Program-made: the position numbers and the translations under genes
Shown here: positions 43,166-52,974 of the stretch, piece after piece
Layout: each line of letters begins with the position of its first letter
Numbering within the stretch: position 1 is the stretch's first letter
Source of the DNA: an uncultured Gammaproteobacteria bacterium
GTDB taxonomy: Bacteria > Pseudomonadota > Gammaproteobacteria > CAWCPV01
Assembly (NCBI GenBank): GCA_963797555.1
Contig: CAWCPV010000004.1
Coordinates: 576,001-640,000, forward strand
Direction: 5' to 3'
Length of the DNA stretch: 64,000 nt
The notes under the pieces: model-generated
Told to the model about the DNA's origin: nothing
Seen by the model: only the letters and a program-made list of their open reading frames with translations
Database searches by the model: none

Positions 43166-43262
43166 GGGGCGGCTTCAGTCTGTGCCGTGGGGGCGTGCCC
43201 GACGGTGCTGGGCGCACGTGATCGGCGAAACGTCGTCTTGGGACACGGCTGCAGCGGTCTGA

Positions 43263-43489
43263 GAGCTTGCGAATAGATCTGCTGCGCGTCCCGATAGCGG
43301 CGTCGTGCGGTGTTGATGGCGTACCTCCCTGTCCGCCACCCCTTTGGGGCGTCCCACAGCCGCGCCGAATGGCCATTTCGTCATTCGGTCGCTCCTCGCC
43401 TAGTCTGCTGGATGGGCCGCGTCGCCGCGCTTCCTGTGCGTCGCTCCTGGCGCTCCTGGGCTGCTCGGTAACGATTTCCTCGCTAGCCC
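43263..43489 (+). mobile_element. Full-length MITE-like element flanked by TGA direct repeats
   Basis: Left end GAGCTTGCGAATAGATC; right end (reverse complement) GGGCTAGCGAGGAAATC; TGA at 43260-43262 and 43490-43492. Confidence 0.75.
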
Positions 43490-43496
43490 TGAGCGC

Positions 43497-43802
43497 CTAG
43501 AGGCCGCTGTAGTAAGCCGCCAAGTCCGCGATCTGCTGATCGCTGAGTCCGGCCGCCATCCCCTTCATAATGGGGTTCTCGCGGCTGCCGCGCTTATAGT
43601 CGTGGAGGGCCTTGGCCAGATAGTCGGGATACTGGCCTGCCAATCTAGGATAGATGGGCTGCACCCCGCGGCCGTCGGCGCCGTGGCACCCCTGGCAGGT
43701 GGTGGCCTGCTGCTTGCCGGCTTCAGGGTTACCCTGTGCGTAGACATTCAGGGCCGATAGAATCAGGGCGCTCAACACTCCTGTCGCGATTGTTTTGCTC
43801 AT
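43497..43802 (-). CDS. Monoheme class I cytochrome c (c553/c4-like)
   Basis: Signal peptide, CQGCH, YPRLAGQYPDYL, IMKGMA. Confidence 0.93.
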   Translation of the reverse strand: MSKTIATGVLSALILSALNVYAQGNPEAGKQQATTCQGCHGADGRGVQPIYPRLAGQYPDYLAKALHDYKRGSRENPIMKGMAAGLSDQQIADLAAYYSGL

Positions 43803-43843
43803 GAGCAATTCTCTTCTGGAAGCTGACCCGGTGGCGTTTCGGG

Positions 43844-44173
43844 TTACCGCCACGCCTGACTGGCGAAATAGGCCGCCAAGTCCTCGATGTCCTGATCGGT
43901 CAGGGAGGCGGCCATCGCATGCATGGTTTGATTCTTGCGCACCCCCGAGCGATAGTCGCGCAGGGCGCTGGCGAGATATTCGGTGTGCTGACCTCGGATC
44001 CTGGGAATGCGGTAGATATTGGGCGTGTTGATGCGCATGCCCTCGCCGGTGTGGCAGCCCGCGCACAAGAGCGACTTTGCCTTGCCTGCATCGGGGTCGC
44101 CCGCGGCGTGAACGGCGGCCGTACCCAGCAGGCAGCATACGCCGACAGCAGCTGAGGCAATTCGTCCGAGCAT
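43844..44173 (-). CDS. Monoheme class I cytochrome c (c553/c4-like), tandem paralog
   Basis: Signal peptide, CAGCH, PRIRGQHTEYL, TMHAMA. Confidence 0.93.
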   Translation of the reverse strand: MLGRIASAAVGVCCLLGTAAVHAAGDPDAGKAKSLLCAGCHTGEGMRINTPNIYRIPRIRGQHTEYLASALRDYRSGVRKNQTMHAMAASLTDQDIEDLAAYFASQAWR

Positions 44174-44385
44174 TCTTAGGTCCTTTACGAAGGTTTCAGA
44201 CAGGATGTCCAGTGCGGGCGCCATCTTAAGCCAATTGGAGGGTGGCTTCAAGGAGATGAAGCGACAGCCCGCAGATCCAAGAGCCGTTTTCTGAGCCGCG
44301 AACTCTCTGTCCCGGCGCGATCGAGGCGACCCATTCGGCGGAGGAATCCGGAGCTTGACGTGCGAAGGAGAATGGGAGGACGCCT

Positions 44386-45357
44386 CTATCGCTTGAGGCG
44401 CAGGAACAGCCAGAGTCCTGGGAGGACGCTGGCCCAGAGCACGGCCAGGAACAGGATAGCCAGCGCAACCGCCGCTTGTTTGTCGATCCCGGCGGTCACC
44501 ATGAGCCCCACGAAAACTCCTTCGCGTACGCCCAGACCCCCCAAGGAGACGGGGATGCTGGCGGCTGCGAAGGTGAGCGGGACGATGGCCAGATAGGTTG
44601 CCGGGCTGAGCCCGAGGCCGAGATCCTCGCCGAGCAGCATGTAGACGGCAACCTCCACGCACTGCAGGGCGAAGGACAGCAGCAAGGCGCCGGACAGCAA
44701 GCGCGGGGATCGGCCATACGAGTGGCAGATCTCCAAGATGTCCGAAACCATCCCGGCGAGACGCAGGTGTCGCCACCGCGCCAGGGGTCGCTGGAGCAGG
44801 CGGTGCGTGGATGGCAGGAAGAGGAGCAAGAATCCCAGCGCGGCGGAGGTCGCGAAGGCTGCGAGGGCTGCCTTGTCGTGTCGCGGCAACACGAAGAGGT
44901 GCGCGGTCAGCAGACCGCCGATGGCCAGATAGATCATGGAGAACAGCCCGATCAGCCGGTCCATGATGGCCGACCCGACCAGGGGGCGCAGAGCGATCCC
45001 CTTGCGGTACAGGTGATAGGTCCGGACGGCATCGCCCCCGACCCCCGTGGGGAGAAGCTGATTGAAGAACAAGCCCATGTAGTAGGCGGGCTTCACGCTC
45101 AAGTACGGCACGTGGACGTTCGCGTAGCGCAGCAGCAGCCACCACCGCCAGAGTGCGACGGCATACGCGACGAATTGCAGCGCGAGGGCTGCCAGCATGG
45201 CCCCGAAACTGACCTTCTGCCAAGCCTCGACCAACCCCGACAGTCCGACGCCGTGGAGCAGCCAAGTCACCAGCGCCGCGGTGACGGCGAGCTTGAGAAG
45301 GAACCATATCCAGCGCCCGCCGCTCCCGCCGATGGCCGCAGGCGTGGCCTCAGACAC
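44386..45357 (-). CDS. Lysylphosphatidylglycerol synthase TM-region / flippase-like membrane protein (UPF0104)
   Basis: RWWLLL, FFNQLLPTGVGGDAVR, DRLIGL, IPVSLGGLGVREG. Confidence 0.9.
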   Translation of the reverse strand: MSEATPAAIGGSGGRWIWFLLKLAVTAALVTWLLHGVGLSGLVEAWQKVSFGAMLAALALQFVAYAVALWRWWLLLRYANVHVPYLSVKPAYYMGLFFNQLLPTGVGGDAVRTYHLYRKGIALRPLVGSAIMDRLIGLFSMIYLAIGGLLTAHLFVLPRHDKAALAAFATSAALGFLLLFLPSTHRLLQRPLARWRHLRLAGMVSDILEICHSYGRSPRLLSGALLLSFALQCVEVAVYMLLGEDLGLGLSPATYLAIVPLTFAAASIPVSLGGLGVREGVFVGLMVTAGIDKQAAVALAILFLAVLWASVLPGLWLFLRLKR

Positions 45358-45472
45358 GCGGTCCCCCGGGAGGGGTGCGGTTGTCAGGGGTGCCTCGTGC
45401 GCTTGGCAACGGCGGAAACATCGTCTGCGTGCCCGTGCCTCTGGTCTCGGCTGACAGGTGAACCACAGCTCA

Positions 45473-45688
45473 GAGCCTGTGAAGAAGTCGGTGCGAGCGG
45501 TCCGGGGTCAAGGCACAAGGAGCGCAGCGACGAGACCTGTCGAGTCGACAGCCGAGGTGCAACCGAATGGCAGGATAGCCATTCGGCACGTCCGCGGGAC
45601 GCCCCGAAGGGGTGGCGTACAGGGAGGTACGCCATGACCGCCGCGCACCGGCGCAGTCGGGACGCGCAGTCAACTCCTTCACACGCTC
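45473..45688 (-). mobile_element. Full-length 216-bp MITE-like element flanked by TCA direct repeats
   Basis: TIRs GAGCCTGTGAAGAAGT and (reverse complement) GAGCGTGTGAAGGAGT, 14/16 identical; TCA at 45470-45472 and 45689-45691. Confidence 0.82.
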
Positions 45689-46484
45689 TCACCCCCCTGG
45701 TGGACCCTCGGGTCTGACAGCATCACCAGAGCGCGGGCGAGAATCTTGGCCGACGAGCGGGCCATCCCGATCGGGGCCGCCTGGGCACACACCTCGGTGA
45801 CGCGCGGGTCGTTCACGACCGAGTCCGGGCCGCGATGGAAGGCGATGTCGATGCGGGCTTGGCTCGCCTCCGCCAGACCGTGGCCGATGGCGAGGATACG
45901 CTCCTTGACGCAAGCTGACGAGTTTTGGGTCAGCGTGCGAATCGTCCCCCGCAGGCGTACCAGCTCCGGGATCACGTTGGGGTTCGCTCCCCCTTCGATG
46001 ACGCCGAAGGACACCACCATCGGATCCCGCGAGTCCACCGAGCGAGGCACGTAATGATAGACACCCGTTGACGAACTGAGTGGCGACCGAGATCGGGTCC
46101 ACGGTATGATGCGGCCGTGCCGCGTGTCCGCCCTGACCGCGGATGACGACGTCCAGGCCCACGGAGGTCGTCGGCAAGGAGCAGATCGACGCCATCGGGC
46201 TACCCAGCATGGGGGGGCGAAGACTTCGCCGCCTATCTGGCTACCGTGCCCGGCTGCATGTTCCGTCTGGGCGTAGCGGGTGCCCAGGGGACCACCGATT
46301 TCCTGCATTCACCGCGCTTCGACATGCTGGGCGGGATACGGTAAGAGATGCCGGCCTGTCGTAGTTTGTCTGCCAGATAGCCGGTGGTCTCGATCTCTTC
46401 GCCGCTGGGTTCCGGGTGGGCGTGTATGTGACGGCGGATCGCGATCAGCTCACTCGCCTGATCCTCGACGTAGCCGTCGATCAA
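45689..46484 (-). pseudogene. M20D amidohydrolase, internally deleted and scrambled by inversions
   Basis: Minus strand: RRHIHAHPEPSGEE and GQGGHAARPHHTVDPI...NVIP. Plus strand: SMGG-EDFAAY...LHSPRFD (46161-46325) and DERAIPIG (45752-45775). Confidence 0.88.
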
Positions 46485-46682
46485 ACGACCCCATACGCCG
46501 CCAGACAGGTTTGAGACGATTATCCTATACTTCCGCCATGCGTGGGAGCCTCACAGGCTCGCACGATCCCGCACGATCGGGTTCGCGCGGTCGGCTCGTA
46601 AGGCGCCTGAAGCCCGCTCTCGTCACGAGCCAGGCACACACCATGACGACCAACGCAGGGACCGACCACGAGGAGTCCAGAT

Positions 46683-47408
46683 ATGACACTTGAGGATTAC
46701 CGATCCTTAGCCCTGGAGCTGGAGTCGTTGCTCAAGCCCCAATCCCCGCCCCTGGCGATCACCTTTTCCGATGAGGCGCCGCTCGGTGTTTCCCGATTCT
46801 CGGCTGCGGTGCCCGAGCCGAGCCTCGACGGTCGCACTGGACCGGTCGCCGCGGGTTGTGTGTTCTGGATGAAGGCTGCCGAGCAGACCTTTACGACGGT
46901 GGCCGAAGACCATGCAAACTGCAGCGTGGGGAGTCTGACACACGGACTCAAAACGCTGCAGGAGGTGGCGGATTGCGAAGATGTCTCGACCCTGCTCGCA
47001 TCCGGCTGGGTGACCATGGACATGGTGCCGCGTATTCCCCACATTCGGGAGCGTCCCGGCTTCATCACCTACGGACCTCTCCACGCCACCCCGGCGGAGC
47101 CCGACGTCGTGCTCATGCGCCTCGTCGGCAAGCAGGTCATGGTCCTGCATGACGCCATCCCCGAGATGCGCTTCGAGGGGAAGCCCCAGTGCCACATCAT
47201 CGCGATTGCTAAGGAGGACGATGAGATAGCCGTGAGCGTCGGCTGCATGCTTAGCCGGGTTCGCACCGGCATGTCCGCCAACGAGATGACCTGCGCGCTG
47301 CCCGCGAAGCGGCTGGCGGAGGTCGTAGAGCGCCTGCGCGCCACCTGTGCGGCAGACGGCTTGGTCGCCGCCTATGCCAGCCGGGATGCGGCGCGGTTCT
47401 CGGCGTAG
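46683..47408 (+). CDS. DUF169 family protein
   Basis: GCVFWMKA, HANCSVG, YGPLHATPAEPDVV, PQCH, SVGCMLSR. Confidence 0.78.
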   Translation: MTLEDYRSLALELESLLKPQSPPLAITFSDEAPLGVSRFSAAVPEPSLDGRTGPVAAGCVFWMKAAEQTFTTVAEDHANCSVGSLTHGLKTLQEVADCEDVSTLLASGWVTMDMVPRIPHIRERPGFITYGPLHATPAEPDVVLMRLVGKQVMVLHDAIPEMRFEGKPQCHIIAIAKEDDEIAVSVGCMLSRVRTGMSANEMTCALPAKRLAEVVERLRATCAADGLVAAYASRDAARFSA

Positions 47409-47516
47409 CGCGAGCGGTCGCGGGCTGCACGCCTGGATCTGCTGCCCGGTCCCCGTAGAGCAGGGTGCGGCGTCGTGGTGAGGCCGCGCTTGCACTGGCT
47501 TAGCCGGGTCGTACCG

Positions 47517-49574
47517 ATGCGGCTGACGCGCCGTTTCGTGTTGGCCTTGACCGCGCTGCTGCTGGTCGTGCTCTCGCTCGGCCTCGGTCTGCTCTGGACG
47601 GAACTGCGTTCCGCCATCCTCGCGGAGGAGGACAACCGCGTGCGCTCGGTCGTCGATGGGCTCACCGCCAGTCTGGAGACCCTGATGTTGACGGGTGACG
47701 CCGCTCTGGCGCGCGACTGGGTGGAGCGAGTCGCCCGGGAGCCGCTGGTGCTCAAGGTCCAGGTGCTGCGCACGAACGGGACGGTGGCATTCCGCGATCT
47801 CGCCACCGTCGAGAGAGTCGAGCGGCGTGTCGGGAGCGGACGTTTTCGCCGAGCGCCCCTGCCTGCTCAGCGCGTGCGGGATTTGCCGGAGACGGCTTTG
47901 GCGTCCGCGGTCCACGGAAAGACCATCCAGTTCACCCAGCGGGGCGCACCGGCCGGGCTGACGCAGCTCGTTCCTATCCGTGCGGCCGCGGCATGCGACG
48001 GCTGTCACGGGCAAGATTCCGATCGGGTGCTGGGCATACTGCGGGTGACGACGTCCCTCGCTTTCGCCCAGGCGCGTATCCAGGCCGCCCGATGGGAGAG
48101 CGCCCTCATGGCTGTCGGCGCGTCGCTGGTGCTGGGGCTCGGCGCACTGTGGCTGGTGCGGCGACAGGTCATTCGACCGGTGCACGCGCTGCAAGGGGTG
48201 GCCGAGCGGATCGAAGCGGGCGATCTGAGCGCCCGCGCCCACCTGGACCGCGAGGACGAGATCGGATCGCTGGCGCGCACCTTCGACCGCATGACCCAGA
48301 GACTCGCCGCCAGCTTGGTTCAGTTCCAGTCGCTGTCCACGTATTACCACGATGTTCTGGACCGCCTGCCGACCGGCGTCGTGATGTACGACGCCGGCCT
48401 GCGGCCGACCTACGTCAATGCCCGCATGCTGGAGATCACAGGGATGGGGCGCGAGGAGTTCCTGCAGTCGAGTTGCTGCGACCTCTGTCCGGCGAAAGCC
48501 AGCGACCACAGTGAGCGCTGCCTGCATTGCATTCAAATCCGCATCCTCGACACGCCGCGCCCGATGACCGCGGTACTCCCGCGGCTGCGCAAGGACGGCA
48601 GCGAATGGATATCGAGGGCGCGAGTCGTCCCGCTGCTCGACGCTGGCGGGCACCTGACCGAGGTCCTGGAGATCTGGGAGGACATCACCGAGGACCAGAA
48701 GCGCATCGACGAGATCAAGTGGCTGTCCACGCTGCCCGAGATGAACCCCTTCCCCATCATCGAGGTGGATCTGCACGGGCGTGTGCTCTACATGAATCCG
48801 GCGACGACCCGCTACCTGCAGCAGAATGGCATGGACGCGGCGGACATCCGCAGGATACTGCCGCCGGGCTTCACCCGCACGGTGCGTCAGTGCCGGCAGA
48901 AGGGCCGGCCGGTGGACACGGTTTCCTTCGAGGTGGGGCAGGAGTCCATGGTCTGGCAGCTCCATCCCAACGAAACCAATGAGAACGTCCGGGCATACGC
49001 CATCGACATCACCAGCCGCATCCACGCGGAGCAGGCGGCGCTGCGGCTGGCCCACCACGACCCGCTGACCGGGCTATCCAACCGCATCCTGTTCTACGAC
49101 CGGTTGGAACGGGCCATGGCCCTGGCGCGCCGACGTGGCCAGATGCTGGCGCTGCTGTTCGTCGACCTGGACCGTTTCAAACCGATCAACGACACCATGG
49201 GCCATCACATCGGCGACTTGGTCTTGAAGGAACTGGGCGGGCGCCTCCAGGCCGCTGTGCGGGAGACGGACACCGTGGCCCGGATCGGCGGCGACGAGTT
49301 CGTGATCATTCTTCAGGACGTTGGGGGAGAAGAGGGCATCGTGCGGGTCACAGCCAATGCCCTGGCCGCTCTCGCCACGCCTGTGCGGACCGAGCAGCAG
49401 GAGTTTGTCGTGTCGGCTTCTGTGGGCGTAAGCGTGTATCCGCGGGACGCCGACGACGCTGACGAGCTGCTCAAGCGGGCCGATCGGGCCATGTACCAGG
49501 CGAAGCAGGAGGGCGGGAACCGCTACCGGTTCTACTCCGCGGACCAGACGATTTCAGAGGGCGCCGGCGGCTAG
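47517..49574 (+). CDS. Membrane diguanylate cyclase (periplasmic CxxCH sensor, HAMP, two PAS, GGDEF)
   Basis: Two TM helices, CDGCH, HAMP (DEIGSLARTFDRM), HDPLTGL, DLDRFKPINDTMGH and intact GGDEF with RxxD I-site (RETD). Start could be 47475. Confidence 0.93.
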   Translation: MRLTRRFVLALTALLLVVLSLGLGLLWTELRSAILAEEDNRVRSVVDGLTASLETLMLTGDAALARDWVERVAREPLVLKVQVLRTNGTVAFRDLATVERVERRVGSGRFRRAPLPAQRVRDLPETALASAVHGKTIQFTQRGAPAGLTQLVPIRAAAACDGCHGQDSDRVLGILRVTTSLAFAQARIQAARWESALMAVGASLVLGLGALWLVRRQVIRPVHALQGVAERIEAGDLSARAHLDREDEIGSLARTFDRMTQRLAASLVQFQSLSTYYHDVLDRLPTGVVMYDAGLRPTYVNARMLEITGMGREEFLQSSCCDLCPAKASDHSERCLHCIQIRILDTPRPMTAVLPRLRKDGSEWISRARVVPLLDAGGHLTEVLEIWEDITEDQKRIDEIKWLSTLPEMNPFPIIEVDLHGRVLYMNPATTRYLQQNGMDAADIRRILPPGFTRTVRQCRQKGRPVDTVSFEVGQESMVWQLHPNETNENVRAYAIDITSRIHAEQAALRLAHHDPLTGLSNRILFYDRLERAMALARRRGQMLALLFVDLDRFKPINDTMGHHIGDLVLKELGGRLQAAVRETDTVARIGGDEFVIILQDVGGEEGIVRVTANALAALATPVRTEQQEFVVSASVGVSVYPRDADDADELLKRADRAMYQAKQEGGNRYRFYSADQTISEGAGG

Positions 49575-49599
49575 GGGGTCGCCTGCGGCGGCCTGTAGC

Positions 49600-49884
49600 C
49601 TACTTCTTGCCACCCTGAGGCTGGAAGCCCGGCGGTAGCTGCCCCAGATCCCCCTCGCCGAACAGGAAGCCCCCCATATGCTGTTCGATTAGCTCGATGG
49701 TGCCGGGATCGGCGGTGCTGAGCCGGTTCTCGTTGATGATGGTGGTGAGGCGCTCGAGCCACTTGGCCCACCCTTCCTTGGAGACGTTTTCATAGATGCG
49801 CTGGCCGAGCGGGCCCGGATGGGGAGGCTGGTCGAGGCCTTCCGCCTCGCGTTTCAAGACCACGCAGTGTACGGTGCGCGCCAT
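49600..49884 (-). CDS. yggX: Fe(II)-trafficking / oxidative damage protection protein YggX
   Basis: MARTVHCVVLKREAEGLD...GQRIYENVSKEGW...INENRL. Confidence 0.92.
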   Translation of the reverse strand: MARTVHCVVLKREAEGLDQPPHPGPLGQRIYENVSKEGWAKWLERLTTIINENRLSTADPGTIELIEQHMGGFLFGEGDLGQLPPGFQPQGGKK

Positions 49885-50011
49885 CTCGTCGACTCCTGCC
49901 GGCATTTGCTCCGGCGGCGTTTTTCGGGCGCTGGACCCGTGCTAAAATGCTGACTGGCCAGCTCAACTATTCGAGACCATTATTGCAGCGAACCTGTGGA
50001 GGGGCAAGACG

Positions 50012-50407
50012 ATGTCACAGCCAGCAACAGCTTTATCCACCCCGGACCGGGACGACGGCGAGATGCGGTTGACGCCTGCAGCGCAGGCACAGATGGCGGA
50101 ATTGCTCGGCCAAGCGGACGAGGACTTCGCGGGGATCCGCGTCTTCGTCGCGGGCGGCGGCTGCGGGGGCATGGGTTATGGGATGACGTTCGCGGAATCC
50201 ATCACGTCCTACGATCGGGTGGTGGAAGGCCCGGGCTACAAGGTGGTCGTGGACGCCGTGGCGCTCAACTACCTGCAGGGCTGCGAGGTGGATTTCGTCG
50301 AGGACGGCGTCAACTCGACGTTCGTCTTCAACAACGTCTTCCGCAGCGTCGGCGGGTCGGGTACCTGCGGAGGCTGCGGCGGCGGGGGAGGCTGCGGCGC
50401 CTTCTGA
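50012..50407 (+). CDS. HesB/IscA/ErpA family A-type Fe-S carrier
   Basis: IRVFVAGGGCGGMGYGMTF, VVVDAVALNYLQGCEVDF, C-terminal CGGCG. Confidence 0.9.
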   Translation: MSQPATALSTPDRDDGEMRLTPAAQAQMAELLGQADEDFAGIRVFVAGGGCGGMGYGMTFAESITSYDRVVEGPGYKVVVDAVALNYLQGCEVDFVEDGVNSTFVFNNVFRSVGGSGTCGGCGGGGGCGAF

Positions 50408-50485
50408 CGCCGTGCTCGCGGCGCGAGCGGCCGGGGCGGTCGGGCGCCGTCGATGGGGAGTGCCCGATCCGGTGCCGCCGCGGGG

Positions 50486-51811
50486 ATGAGTGTGACCCCC
50501 GCGGTTCGCTCGCCGCGGCCAGGTGAGCGCGCCCACGTCCTGCTTATCGCCCCCCACGGGAGTTACCGAACCGTGCCGTTCATAGCGGCGGCCCCAAGAC
50601 TGGGAGCCAAGGTGCTCGTGGCATCGGAGGGACGCCACTCCCTGGTGAGCGCCTATGCCGAGGGAATCCACATCGACCTCGGGGACGCCGAGGGAGCCCT
50701 GGCCACCATTCTCCGGGTCGCCCGCAGGACACCTTTCGCAGGCGTCATCGGAACCGATGACGCCACCATCGAGCTGGCGGCGCGCGTCGCCCGTCAGCTC
50801 GGGCTGCCTCACAACCCGCCGACGGCGGTGCGTAACGCCAGACGCAAGGATGTGGCACGGGCTTGTCTGGCCGCTGCCGGGATTGCGGTGCCGGGCTACC
50901 GCCTGCTCGACTTGCGCGGGTCGTTGGCTGCGCAGATCGAGGGAATCTCTTTCCCTTGCGTGGTGAAGCCGCTCGCGTTGTCTGCGAGCCGCGGCGTGAT
51001 CCGTGCAGACGACGGGCCGGGACTGCTGCGGGCCTGCGCGCGTGTCGACCGTATCCTGCACGAGGTGCCGGACGAGTACGAACGGAGCCATGTGCTGGTG
51101 GAGGACTTCATCCCCGGCTTCGAGGTGGCCGTGGAAGGGATTCTGGTCGAGGGGCGGCTCACGCTGCTCGCCGTTTTCGACAAGCCCGACCCGCTGGACG
51201 GGCCGTTCTTCGAGGAGACCTATTACGTGACGCCGTCCAGTCTGGGCGCCGAGGTACAGGCCGCGCTCCGCGCACAGATTCAGGACGCTTGTCGCGCCTA
51301 CGGTCTGCGCGAGGGCCCGGTCCACGCCGAGTGCCGCATCAACGATCTGGGCGTGTGGATTCTCGAGGTGGCGGCCCGCACCATCGGCGGCCTCTGCGGG
51401 CGGCTGCTGCGCTTCGGTACCGGCTACGGTCTGGAGGATCTGGTGCTCGCTCATGCCCTCGGTGAGGCCATTCACCCGGACCCGCAGCGAGGTGCGGCCG
51501 GGGTATTGATGATCCCGGTTCCACGCGCGGGCGTCCTGAGACGTGTGGAGGGCTTGGGAGCCGCCCGGCGCGTCCCGCATGTCGAAGAGATCGTCATCCA
51601 AGTGCGGGAAGGCTACGAGCTGGTGCCGTGGCCCGAGGGGTCCAGCTACCTGGGCTTCGTGTTCGCGCGCGCCCCGACTCCTCGAGAAGCCGAGACCGCG
51701 CTCAGGCAGGCACATGCGCGTCTCAATATCGTCGTGGCGCCGCTCTGGAAGCTCAGGGCGACGCCCTCCGTGGCCCCCGAGTCCTCGGGGCTGGCCGCCG
51801 TTGTCGGCTGA
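50486..51811 (+). CDS. ATP-grasp domain ligase
   Basis: FPCVVKPLALSASRGV, LVEDFIPGFEVAVEG, HAECR...ILEVAARTIGG. Confidence 0.9.
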   Translation: MSVTPAVRSPRPGERAHVLLIAPHGSYRTVPFIAAAPRLGAKVLVASEGRHSLVSAYAEGIHIDLGDAEGALATILRVARRTPFAGVIGTDDATIELAARVARQLGLPHNPPTAVRNARRKDVARACLAAAGIAVPGYRLLDLRGSLAAQIEGISFPCVVKPLALSASRGVIRADDGPGLLRACARVDRILHEVPDEYERSHVLVEDFIPGFEVAVEGILVEGRLTLLAVFDKPDPLDGPFFEETYYVTPSSLGAEVQAALRAQIQDACRAYGLREGPVHAECRINDLGVWILEVAARTIGGLCGRLLRFGTGYGLEDLVLAHALGEAIHPDPQRGAAGVLMIPVPRAGVLRRVEGLGAARRVPHVEEIVIQVREGYELVPWPEGSSYLGFVFARAPTPREAETALRQAHARLNIVVAPLWKLRATPSVAPESSGLAAVVG

Positions 51812-51877
51812 GTCCGACCCAAGCCATATGCGGCCGGCGTTCCGGGGCGTCCTGCTGTTCGAGTAGGGGATTCCGAG

Positions 51878-52948
51878 ATGTCCGCCCGTCCGGCTCCGAG
51901 AGACTACCAGCTCGTTCCCACGCGGCTTCAGGAGCCTCTGGCCAACGGCGCGACGCGCTGCCACTTGTGCCTGTGGCGCTGCGGTCTGCGGCATGGGCAG
52001 CGGGGCTTCTGCCAGGCTCACGTTAACCGCCACGGCACCCTCTACAACCTGTCCTACGGCATCATCTCGTCCATCGACGTGGGGCCCATCGAAGGCAAGC
52101 CGGTGCGCCATTTCCGGCCGGGAAGCCAGGTGATGTCGGTGGGGAGCTATGGCTGCAGCTTCCGCTGCGGCGGTTGCCACAACCTGGAGATCTCCTGGGG
52201 GGTCACGGCTCTGGATGACCTCGCCAGGGGCCAATCGACGGCCGCCTACGTGACCCCGGACGATCTGGTGGCGGCGGCCCTACGGCATGAGGTGCAGGGC
52301 ATCGCCTTCACCTATTCGGAGCCAGCCGTGTGGCTGGAGTACGTGCTCGACGTCTCCGTTGCGGCACGCGCCGCCGGGCTGTACACCGTGTACGTCTCGA
52401 ACAGCTTCGTGACGGACGAGGCGCTGGAGCTGATGGCACCCCATGTCGACGTGTTGTGCTCCGACATCAAGAGCCTGGATGACGGGTTCTACCGCAAGCT
52501 ATGCAAGGCGGCGCACGTGAAGCAAGTCTTGGCCGCGATCGAGACCGCGCACCGCCTGGGTCTCCACGTGGAGACGCGGACCAACGTCATCCCCGGAAAG
52601 AACGACGACCTCCGAATGCTGGCCGACATTGCCCGCTGGATCCGCGATCACCTGGGCCCAGACAGTCCCTGGCACATCACCAAGTTCTTCCCGGCCTACA
52701 AGCTGAGTGACGTCCCGGAAACCCCGAGCGACACGCTGTGGGCGGCTCACGACGTGGCACGAGAGGTCGGCTTGCGCCATGTCTATGTTTATGGCGACAA
52801 GGGCTGCGACTGTGCAAAGGAGAACCTGCCGGCGGCCGCCTATCTTGCGGCTGATCCGGGCACCCTGCACTCGGTCAAGAAGTGTGCGGCCTCCTGCTGC
52901 GGGACGGAGGGTGTGCTGCTGAAGAAATACGAGCAGTCCCCAAGTTAG
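51878..52948 (+). CDS. amrS: AmmeMemoRadiSam-type radical SAM enzyme
   Basis: N-terminal CHLCLWRC...C, PIEGKP, CSFRCGGCHNLEIS (CxxxCxxC), IAFTYSEP, PWHITKFFPAYKL. Confidence 0.88.
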   Translation: MSARPAPRDYQLVPTRLQEPLANGATRCHLCLWRCGLRHGQRGFCQAHVNRHGTLYNLSYGIISSIDVGPIEGKPVRHFRPGSQVMSVGSYGCSFRCGGCHNLEISWGVTALDDLARGQSTAAYVTPDDLVAAALRHEVQGIAFTYSEPAVWLEYVLDVSVAARAAGLYTVYVSNSFVTDEALELMAPHVDVLCSDIKSLDDGFYRKLCKAAHVKQVLAAIETAHRLGLHVETRTNVIPGKNDDLRMLADIARWIRDHLGPDSPWHITKFFPAYKLSDVPETPSDTLWAAHDVAREVGLRHVYVYGDKGCDCAKENLPAAAYLAADPGTLHSVKKCAASCCGTEGVLLKKYEQSPS

Positions 52949-52974
52949 TCGACCTGCACTCTGTAAATGTGTGA

